A stretch of DNA of 64,000 nucleotides, taken from NCBI GenBank assembly GCA_010405405.1, contig MU004232.1, positions 2,549,038 to 2,613,037 on the forward strand. Reading direction: 5' to 3'. This stretch comes from Microthyrium microscopicum. Taxonomy: Eukaryota. Both the position numbers and the translations under genes were made by a program. Shown in pieces: positions 12,051 through 23,105 of this stretch. Under the pieces are notes generated by a model. That model was given only the letters and a program-made list of their open reading frames with translations, was not told the origin of the DNA and did no database searches. Each line of letters opens with the position of its first letter. Within the stretch, counting starts at the first letter, position 1.

Positions 12051-15000
12051 TTACTCTATTAATTAATTATAAATTATATTTATTATAAATTATATATATA
12101 TATATAAATCTCTTTATTGTCTAGTTCGTTTAGACCCTATAGGGGGTCTGAACACGCTACTCTAATAGGCGTATGTAGACTATACTAACTATTTATAGTA
12201 GAAACCCTTAGGGGAATAAAACTATACTGTTTGCCTTAGTAGGGCGCTATAGGCGTTCTGGCGTCCCTTTATCCATTGTAGATCGTTCACCTTGCGGTTA
12301 TTAATAGACTAATCTAGAAATGCTTCTACTTTATTTAATCTCCTTTCTATCTATCTAACTCTATCTCTATCTAAACTTCTTCGTCTACTTCTTTAAACTC
12401 TACTAGAGTCGCTGGAGCTACTTTAGCCGCCTTATAGACACTAGCTAATATAGCTATGGCTATCTTTCTTCCTAACGCCGCTATAGGTGTAGTAGCGCCT
12501 AATGGGCCTATTGTTTAACGAGTAGGCATAAAGCTAAGAAACTGTTATCCTAGAGCTGTTCCTACTATGGCTAAGGCTAGAGGCCTTTTAGGGCCTTTCG
12601 TAGAAGTAGCTTTTAATATAGCGGTAGGTATTTGTTTATTCTTTAGTATTATGTTTGTATTACTACGATTCTATTAAGCTAAACTATTCTATAGGTTGAC
12701 GGTATATTTAAATAAGGTCGCCTAGAGGGTGTTTGCTACTAAAGTAATACTTTTATAGACACTATAGAATTTGTCCTAATGGTTATATTTATAACCGTAA
12801 TTTAAGTACTATTTACTTTTGCTTTTTGTTTTGTAATCCTATATATCGTGCTTACTTATATAGTGTCTATAGTAAGCTTCTACTAAATAGGAAGACTATA
12901 TATATCCCTAGGTACTATACTAGTAGTACTAAGTGCTTACTAGCGTTATTGCCTAGAGTTTATAACTATACTATACGCCTTTAATTATTAGTCCTTAGGC
13001 TATAATAGTCTCCTAGAGACCCTCTATAGGGAAATATACGATAAAGGATGATCTCTTCTTCTCTAAGATTATTATTTTATTGCTATATATCTAGCTTACC
13101 CTAGTAATAGTAAGAATATGCTAGTTGTCTTTATTTAGAGCCTTAATAAATTCTAAGTTATAATTATCTACTCCTTTATTATAATGAACCTTATTGCTAA
13201 TACTTTTAAGAGGAACGCTAGCTACTTTAATAAGATAGTCCTGCTAAAGCACCTACGCCCCTTTAATGGATAGGAACTAGGCTTAATCCTTCTATTTAGT
13301 GTCTCTAAAGATGACTTAAAGATTACTACTCTATAGAGGGCGTACGCCTATAGTACCTATAAATGTCTTTTTAAGCTCCTTAAGGACCTTTAGAGGAGTC
13401 CCTATATATTGTCCTGCCTTAGGTTATAGAATAATAGAACGACCTTTTAGTTTACTTACGTATAGTTTAGTATAGGAAGCAATTACTACCTAGGAATATA
13501 GCTTTAGAGCTAGTATAGTAGAACGACGTTAAACCGCTGCTTTAATCTTGTTAAGCTAATTAAGTATAGTTTTAAGGAAGGTAGGTTTAGGAGTAGGGTG
13601 TTTAGCCACTAGAGGCTCTTCCTCTTAGTTAAGGATAAAGTCCTTTAGCTTAATAAGCTCCTCCATAGTGTTATAAAGGTCTTATTTTGAGATGATTATT
13701 TCTAATTCTTTTTATATACCTTTTTATAATCTAGATAGGGACATCCCTACTACGTTAACCATGCTAAGCAGTTCCGAAGGGCTACTGTCGTCAAGTAAGC
13801 TCTTGTAGCTCTTGTAATCTGATTCTCGTTCTTCTATATTATGGTCGTTTAGTTGTGCTATTTTGTTTTAATCGTAACAATACTGTAGCGCGTACGGGCG
13901 TCTAGCTGAAAATTTGTAAGTATAATCCCTAAGCTTTAGCGAAGGGATTCCGATGGTTTATTTAAATTAAATCGATGAAGTAGTGCAAAACGAGCTATGT
14001 AGGAGCTAAAGAAGGTCCTATTATAAATTATATTTATTATATATCTAGTTATATTATATTTATAATTTATATTTTAGCTACTTTACTATTAGTCTTATTT
14101 TAACTATCTATATTTAGTTCTTAATATTACCTTATTATTATACTAAGATCTATCTATTTTAGTTATATATTATTATATTATTATTATATTAAGATTGCTC
14201 TAGCTTATTACTTACTATTATATTCTTTATATTACTTATTCTACTTATATTAATTTTACTTATATATATCTTAGATTTATAAACTATAAGCTAACTATAT
14301 AAAGAATTTATAAAAATCTACTTAGAGTAAAATTCTAGTCTTTTAGTAAGCTTTTTAGAGTTTTATAAGGACCTAATAGTCTAATTATAGAAGAATTATA
14401 CTCTTATAAATTTTTTAAAAATTTAGTATTTTATAGATAAATATCTTAATATTAAGAAGTTATAACTACTAGCTTAAAGCTTCTTTAAAAGTAAATATAC
14501 TTATACTAACTATTATAACTATAAGCTTATAAATACTATAGTAATATTTACTAATATAGTACTAAAAGCTACTATATATATTAAGGCTACTAGAAATAAA
14601 GGTGCTAAATATTTAGTAAATAAGGCTATAATTAATTATTAGTATACTAAGCTAACTTATTTTATAAGTTTATATATATATTATACTTTTACTTTATATA
14701 GTTATTTTAATTATTATTACTTTTATAATAATAATATAATTAGAGTAACTCTATATATCTATAGTACCTATTTATATATTATTTAGATTATAACTAATAT
14801 ATATATATAAATATTTAATAATTTAATAATAAGTAACTTATAGTAGCTTATATCTATAAGTAAAGGCTAGAAAAAGTCTAATAAAAAACTAAATCTCTAG
14901 TCTATTAATAATAAAATAGAGATATTCTTTAATAGTTAGTTTCTATATTTTTATTCTTATTAATTCTATTTACCTTTATTTATATATCTTTTTTCTCTAC

Positions 15001-15204
15001 TATATACTTTATTTATTTACTTCTTCTTTTTTTTTTAATTTTATAGACCTTTTTTTATATATCTTTTTTTTAACTATATACTTTATTTTATTTTATTACT
15101 ATAGCTAATATAACTATATAATAATTATTACTATTAACTCTACTTCTTTCTTTTATACTTCTTTTTATAAAGCTAATACTCTATCTACTATAAGGGAGTA
15201 TATA
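12051..15204. repeat. Unit A copy 3, interrupted at 12095-14018 and truncated at ~15204
   Basis: Unit start at 12051-12094 resumes at 14019. Similarity stops after ...ctataagggagtatata. Confidence 0.85.
12095..14018 (-). mobile_element. ORF1(gag)-only non-LTR retroelement, Tad/I-like, moderately RIP-mutated
   Basis: TSD tattataaattata at 12081-12094 and 14019-14032. (TA)n tail preceded by AATAAA on the minus strand (12113-12118). Single minus ORF from ~13762 to ~12300 with three de-RIP zinc knuckles (CHRCGAWGHTQSSC, CGHCAGKHDTRDC, CLNCGCKYNH). No room for EN/RT. Confidence 0.8.
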
Positions 15205-17100
15205 GATATATAATAGTCTTCTTAAACTATATAGTTTAAGTTATAATTTAGATCTTAGTTTAATTTATAGTTTAATTTTTAAAGTCTATTTATTACTTAC
15301 TACTTACTATTATATCTATAAAGAATTAGTTAGTTTTAAGTACTTAAGTTTTATAGAAGTTTACTCTCTTAATAACCTAATTAGTATTTAACGTTATTAT
15401 TACTAGTAGACTATTCCTCTACCTTATATTTAATAGTAGTAACTTTATAAAAACTAAACCTACTAAATATAGTATAATTAACTATAATATAATTAAAGCT
15501 AGTAACTAAATCTCTATTAGTAGATCTACTACTAATAGTTCTATTTATACGTAATTAAAAGCTACTTAGTAAAGTATTAGGCAATTAGCAATACTAAAAC
15601 TAATAGCTAGGATCTAAAGTAGTAGATTTAGTAAACTAAAATATAAACTTATATAATAATTTATAGTTCTAATTCTTATTTAGTAGAAAAAGCCTATAGA
15701 TAAGTAGACTAAGCTTATTATGTTTTAATTAGTAGTAATAATATAATATAAACTAATTATACTTACTAAATATTATACTACTAATTAACTTATCTAGTCT
15801 AATATTATCTCCTCCTTTTAAGAAGTCTCTCCCTCCTTAATAATTATATTCTCTAAGTCTACTATAATATAGTCCTTTTGCTCTATATAAGCTTTAAACT
15901 TACAAGCCTTTAAAAAAACTATAGCCTAAACGTTAGATAACTACTATAACTCTAAGATATTACTTATTACTTCCTCTAGACGCTTAATTACTTTATTAGC
16001 TATTATAATTAGTTTTATAAATATAATTACGTATTTAATAGATCTTTACTAAATAATAGTAATAGAGAGGCACTATTAAATATAGCTACTAGGTTAATAA
16101 TAAAATCTAAGTAATTTAGGCTAATTTTGCTATCTAGTAATACGCGTAGTAAAGGCAAAGAAGACCTAAGAGGAGAAGACAAGAAAGAAAGAAATAGAGC
16201 TTATAATAATATATTTATACTAGTATACTTACGTAAATTTAGATTATTATATATATAATTATATATTATATATATAAATTTCTTAATATTCTTAATAACT
16301 ATAACGTTACGTAAGATCTAATTAATATTAATTATACCTTCCTATCTAGTAATCTATAAGGCTATTAATATAATACGAAACTTACTTATTATTCTCTTTT
16401 TAATTAAACTTTATATATATTAAATAAAACTAGATAATATTATAATTATAACGATATAATAATTATCTATATAACTATATAATTAGTTTATTATTTATTT
16501 TTTAAACTTAAATTACTAGTTTATAGATTAAGGCCTACGTTTACTAAGCCTTATAAAATAGTCTATATAAATTATAGAGTTAAATACCTTTAATATTATT
16601 ATCTATAAAATAACTCTATTTTTTATTTTCTACTATCTATACTCTATACTCTAACTTTTATAGTCTATACTTTATAATATTTCTACTCTTATATAAGTAT
16701 CTACTACTACTCTATCTATTCTAATAAAATAATAAATATAATAACTTCCTATATAAATATATACGTACTATTTACTTAATTAGCGTATAATTATTAAATT
16801 AGCTATTACTATAAAGCTTTATTACTAACCTTCTAGTATAACTCCTATTAGTTCTTATATACTAATAGGCTATTAATATATCTTATTAAGCTTCTAGTTA
16901 AGAAGCCTTCCTTCCTAATATTAAGAAGCTACTTTTATATATAGTATGTAGACGTTATTACAAGTATTTACTAAGTAAAGATCCTTCTACTATAAGTAGA
17001 TTAGGTCCTATTAATAATAATAGTAATATACTAATATTTTATAATAATAGTAAAGATAGTAATAATAATAATAACTTTAGTATACCTATTTTTAATCCTC
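15205..17100. mobile_element. Highly degraded TE relics, possibly including LTR-retrotransposon integrase C-terminal fragments
   Basis: RIP composition. A GPF-like segment (cgtttactaagccttataaaata) lies near 16540. No boundaries recovered. Confidence 0.35.
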
Positions 17101-18108
17101 TTTTAAGTCCTATACTAGTTAATATTAGTAAAATAGTTTATCTTTTCTTATACTTCTTAATTATTATTACTAATTATATTAAAAAATTTAGTATAAATTA
17201 TAATTACTCTAAGCTTACTTAAAAATAAAGACGAAGAAATAATAAAAGATTTTAAGCATCTAAATATTACTAATATTAATCCTCTTAAAAAAGATATTAT
17301 TAAGGAGTTAGCTACTATTAACGAACTTAATAATAAATTTACTAATATAATAGCTAATATTAACAATAAAGTTAATAATACTACTTAGTCTAATATAAAG
17401 ATAGAATTACCTTAACTTAATTTTAATATACTTCCTTAAATCTAAGTTAAAAACAATATATCTAAAGAAGTATATTAGGACTTTTCTACTATACTAATTA
17501 CTTCCTTTAAACTAGCTTTTAATCTTTAGGTTAAAGAAGCTAGTTTATCTTACTATAACTACTTTAGAATCTATACTATCTTAGAAATACTTAAATACTA
17601 TAATATTCCTAAGCTTAAAGCTCTACTACTAACCTTAGATACTCTTAAAGCTTATATTAACTATTAAATTCCTATAATTTAGCTTTATAAATAAAAGATT
17701 AAACTTAATCTATAATAATTATTTACTATACACCTAAATTAGAAGAATAAGAAACGCTAAGCTCCTCTACTAAAGTTTATATACTTTATTAACCTTATTA
17801 ATATATTTACTAAAATTACTAAAAGTATAGAAATCTATATAAAGTTATATATAAGTATAGTATATTTCGTAAATAAGCTAAGTAAGCTCTAGTATAAAGA
17901 TATATAGGCCTTATTAATTTACGTAGCCTCTAAATAAGTCCTTAAGATTACTAATCTAATTCCTAAGTTTAACTATAAAGACTTATTACTACTAAAGCGT
18001 ACTATCTTCTCTAGTAATATTATAGTATATTAATATACTAAGTCTAGAGAATATAATATATATAAAGATCTAAAGAAGTATAACTATACTAACTTTATAG
18101 TTACTTTT

Positions 18109-19303
18109 TGTGATGATTCCTCTTTATAGGCTTAACAGCGGTCTTGCCCTAGAGGGGCTACCCCTGCACGGTGACGTCATAGTCACGTGCAGGTGGTCCG
18201 TGCGCGGATCTTCCTCTACTACTTCAGCGCGCCTCCGTAGCTCTAGATCTCTCTTCCCTAGCTTTGCATTCAATATACTATCTTGATCTACTACGGCTCC
18301 CGTATCTCTAGGATCCTTACATAATGCAAAGCTCTTCAAACTTCAACTCCCGTGCTTACCCCGTAGGAACCAGCCATCGGTTTGAATAGGCTCTTCAGCG
18401 CGCGAAGCGAGCGCGCAGCCATTCCAAAGCGCGTTCAACGCGCAAATTCAATAACGTGTCCGTGGACGCTCGGACCACCAAATGGCCTCTGCGTTGATCA
18501 CGCGCATGCCCCACCAACATTCGAAAACGGCTCCCCTACATTCCAAACTCCTCGATACATTAGATGTTTATTCCGTAGAGTACCGACGCTACGAACGGTC
18601 CCTGAGAGGATTTTTGGGTGGTCCCTCAGGAGACGAGAAGAACTAGTGGTTGGCAGGATCCCACCAAAATAACAGGAGCAGAAGGGATGGGAGCGTTGGC
18701 AGATTCCTAAAAAGTTCAATTTCGGTCCGAGCGGAAGATCTTCGGCAAAATACGGCAATCCACGGCACGTCCGATGGCTTCACAATATTAGAAGATCACC
18801 AAAAGGGACAAAGGTTTGGTAGTAGAATATGAGATGGATTTTTCACTAAGTCCTCGATCTGAAGATCTGGGGGCTGTCTACTACTTATACAATTTGTGCT
18901 GAGTCAGCATATCTTGATGTTGTTCAACATCTTCAAACACACAACAACAACAAAAAAGTGGTTTTTTACCTGTCTTCATGGTTCCCGCAGGTTTTCCACT
19001 CCTAGTCAATTTTCAAAGGATCTTCTTGCAAGGCAGGAGCAGGTTTCAGTTTAGTTCAGTTCAGGAGCACTGATTTGAAGGGGGGGCTCGTGTGATGATT
19101 CCTCTTCACAGGCTTGACAGCGGTCTTGCCCTGGAGGGGCTACCCCTGCACGGTGACGTCATAGTCACGTGCAGGTGGTCCGTGCGCGGATCTTCCTCTA
19201 CTACTTCAGCGCGCCTCCGTAGCTCTAGATCTCTCTTCCCTAGCTTTGTATTCAATATACTATCTTGATCTACTACAGCTCCCGTATCTCTAGGATCCTT
19301 ATA
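18109..19303 (+). mobile_element. TRIM (non-autonomous miniature LTR retrotransposon), 1195 bp, almost free of RIP
   Basis: 213-bp LTRs at 18109-18321 and 19091-19303 (TG...CA). TSD ctttt at 18104-18108 and 19304-19308. PPT gaaggggggg at 19077-19086. The 769-bp interior has no gag/pol ORF. Confidence 0.93.
18323..18333 (+). promoter_or_regulatory. Self-priming primer-binding site of the TRIM
   Basis: aatgcaaagct, 1 nt after the 5' LTR, is the exact reverse complement of agctttgcatt at 18260-18270 inside the LTR. Confidence 0.75.
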
Positions 19304-22300
19304 CTTTTAGTTAAAACTTTTACTCTATTTATAAATATAGCTATAGAAAAGATACTCTAATATTAAAAATAAAGAAGATAGTTTATGCTACCTATATCTT
19401 AATATATAATAATAAAAAGTTAAATACTTTTTAACTTTTTTCTACTTAGGACGCCTAGGTAACTACTTAAAAGAATAATATAGATAAGTTATAAAAATAG
19501 TATACTAATAAGAATAAAGCTTAATTAAAAGCTATATTAGGATAAATTTCTATACCTAAAAACATCTATAAACTACTAATTTAAAAACCTTATACGCCTA
19601 AACTTAAGAGCTACTTAAAGTACTTTATTTATAATACTAATATACTCTATATTCCTCCTAATTTTACTAAATATTATAATATTAAATTATTCTCTTATAA
19701 GAGCTTCTATCTTAATAATAACTTTAGCTCTTAAGTTTTAAGTCTACCTAATAATCTATCTATAAAAACTTTTAATATAAGCTTCCTATATATTTATTAA
19801 ATATACTATCTAAAGCATAGTCTTTAGCCTTTATTTTAATATATACTCCTTTAAGTAGAGCTAGAAATTAAATACTTTAGCTATAAGTACTTAAAAAAAA
19901 CGTTTTACTTCTCTACTATCTCTATTCTTACTATTTTACTACTATTATTTATTAACGGCTTTAGATTATATTATAATATATATTATATAATAATAAGCTT
20001 CTACTTTATAATTATAAGTCTTATAAGCTAAGAACGTATCTATATCTCTAATATTCTACTATTTACTCTTAGTCTCTATAAGAGTAAAATTAATAATATT
20101 ATTATATAAGGATTCCTCACTAAAGCATAATGGCTTTAGTATTAAGCTAGATCTTTAACAAAGATCTAGCAGCGCTAGTCCCGATCGGGGCTAGCGTCTC
20201 TAAGGATTTACTAAGTATTACCCTCTTCTTCCCTTAGCGTAAATTCTACTCTACCTCTCTCTCTCTCTTTATACGCTAGATCGTTAAATATTATCTATCC
20301 TTTGCTTAATTATATACCTATTAGATCCTTATATAATCTAGCATACTTATTAAACTAAAAAATTAACTTTAAAATCATTTATGTATTTATCCTTAGGAAT
20401 TAGCGCTCCTAGATTTTAAGACCTATACTTAAGAGATAGCTTATGCGTATTCTTACTTATAGACCCCTTAATATAGTTAGGTAGTATATCTTTACTACTT
20501 TCTAAAACACTAATTAATTATTATTATAAGGTATTTAACATAAATACCTAGATCTTATAGTAATCTAAGCTCTTAGAACTCCTCTACTTAGTCGTATAGA
20601 ACCTTCGCCCTTTCGCCTCTCTATACTATTAACCTATATTCTAATTACCCTTAATCTATTAATCTATCTATCCCTAGTAATTAAGAAATTATCTAATTAT
20701 TATTACTTATTATTACCCCTACGTAACTACCTATTAACGAAACTATAGACCCTCTTAAAGAGTTTCCTCTCTTAGCGCCTCTAGGCCTTAACGTAACTAC
20801 TTACTCTTAATTATAGTCTATATCTCCTTAACGCTAAGACGAAATAGTTCTAGGCTCTTCTTAGAGCTACTATACGTTAGTTATTAGCTACTATTAGGAT
20901 TAAGATTCTAAAGGCCTATTTATAAAGAAAGTAGTAGTAGATATATAGGACTCTATGTAAGCTACTATTTAGACTTCTTAATAAAAAAAGAGTAGGTACT
21001 AGCTATCTTATATTAATTCTAATAAAGATAATAACCTTTTATTCTCTAATCCATCTACTTATAGTTAAGTAAACTAAAAGCTAATTCTGCTACCTACTTA
21101 GCGCACGCCTAGTAGTAAACTCTTATAATTAATTAAAACTATAGCGTTTGCCACGCCCTTAGTGCTAGTCACTCTAGTAATACCTTTAGCTTTTCGTAAG
21201 AATATATAAAATACGAAAGAAGGAAAGATATTTAAAAGAATCTATCCTACTATATTAGTCTAGTTACAAGACATATAGCTTAAGAATAACGGCCATAAGA
21301 AGGTCCCTCTAGCTTTCTAAAATAACTACCTAGTAGTTAATAATGCTACATGTATTATATCCTTTTAGGTCTTCTAAGGCCCTCTCTAGATATAAGTATA
21401 CAAAGATCTAAAAGTAGTTATACTAGAAGGTCCCTTAAACTCATTACTACTATTTCGTTATAAAGAACCTAATCCTACTACTAGAGTATTTAAAGATTAC
21501 TATCTAATTTATAATACTTAAGAGCTAAAGCAAGAAGTTATATAGAAAGATCCTTAGCTCTTATTTAATTAACTTTACGCTACCTTAGCTATAAACTAAG
21601 CTATAGTAGTACGCTACTAATTTTATTATAATAAACTATAAAAGAGCAATATCTAAAATACTAAGTCTTTAGAGGAGATTTAAGATCTTACGAATAAGGT
21701 AGATAATCTAAAAGGCTCTATAGTTAACTATAAGGCAGAAGTAGATAAGCTCTTCTTAGAAGTTAAAGAACTTTAGATTAGTATAATTAATTACTACAAA
21801 CTTACCTCTAATTATTATTAACTATAGCATAATATCTAGGTGGTAGAGAACTACACTACTTCTATAGAAGTAGAGTTAGTATATTATATAAAATAACTCT
21901 AAGAATATTATAAGTAGATATAACTTTAGAATACTACTATTGCAAACCTTAATACTAAAAATAAATTCCTTACTTAACGTCTTTAAGCTATAGAGTAGTA
22001 GATATAAGATCTTTTAACCTTTATAAAACCTTATAATATACTAGCTTTTATATACCTAAGAGATAAAGAAGACGCTAAATTACTTAGTAATATACTATAT
22101 TAACTTATAGCTACTTAACCTAACTTAGTATAAACGTATTTTATATTACCTTTCTTAAGAGTAGGGTCTAACCCCTTAAACGATACTACTCTATATATTA
22201 GTTAACCTCATCGTATAGTTAAACAGTATAATAGTAAGGATAAGAGTAAATACTATTAATAGAAGGATTAAGTATTAAACGTTCTAGAAGAAGATACTTA

Positions 22301-23065
22301 GTTTTACCTAACTAATAAGAAGAAGATTTAGTTTATTTATAATAACCTAGATAATCTAGCATAGTCTTTAATATTATATTACTTAGGCTATAACTTCGTA
22401 AGCCTTTATCTTACTATTAATAATATATAGAAGGACCTAGATGCTTATAACAAAGTAATAAATAGATACAATATTATAAAGTAATAGCTCTATTTAGTAG
22501 ATACTAAGATAAAAACTATAAAAGACCTAATAGAATTCTTAGGCTACTTTTTAGAAAAGACTAAAGACGTAGACCTAGAGGATTGTAATAAAGTTACTAA
22601 ACTACGCTTGCTTCTCTTAGGATAATTTATTTGCCCTCTAATAAGATATAATATTAAAACCTACCTAGAACTCTATACGTATCTATATAACGTAGAGTAA
22701 GACCTAAACTTCCTAAAATAGAATAATAATAATAATTCTAATACTAATAACTTTAATAGTAGCGACGTTAATAATAATAACTTAACTAATAATTTAAGAA
22801 ATTAGAATAGAGGCGCTTATAATAATAATAGTTAAAATAATAATAAACGTCTACGCTACTCTAATAATATCTTTCTAGCCTTATAAGTATAAAATAGGTA
22901 CCCTAAATATAGTAAGAAAGGTTATACCTTAGAATAAAAGAATGCTCCCTATAGATAGAAGACTTACTTAATAGATAATAAAATTTAACTAAAGGTTTTA
23001 GCAATACTTACTACTATAGTAAACACTTCTTAGGTAGAGATACTTAGCGCGTATTTATATAAGCA

Positions 23066-23105
23066 TTTAAACTAAACGCTCCACCTTACTAACGCAAAGA
23101 GGAGC
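23066..23105 (+). promoter_or_regulatory. Putative -1 ribosomal frameshift site at the gag-pol junction
   Basis: Slippery heptamer TTTAAAC followed by TAA, then a gctcc...ggagc stem. Lies between the gag zinc knuckle and the protease. Confidence 0.6.

Noticed and set aside
11868..12060. CRISPR-like array
   Set aside because: Contiguous 15-bp tandem repeats without spacers in a eukaryotic context.
17157..17366. Short I/L/N-rich ORFs in the AT block (also 24145-24327)
   Set aside because: Chance antisense frames of RIP-mutated TE coding sequence.
18382..18832. Short ORFs inside the TRIM as gag or cargo
   Set aside because: 60-96 aa, mostly non-ATG starts, no gag, zinc knuckle or chromodomain motif recognised.
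18859..18900. Hammerhead ribozyme (retrozyme) in the TRIM
   Set aside because: A ctgaaga core-like heptamer is present but there is no suitably placed GAAA or stems, and none in the LTRs.
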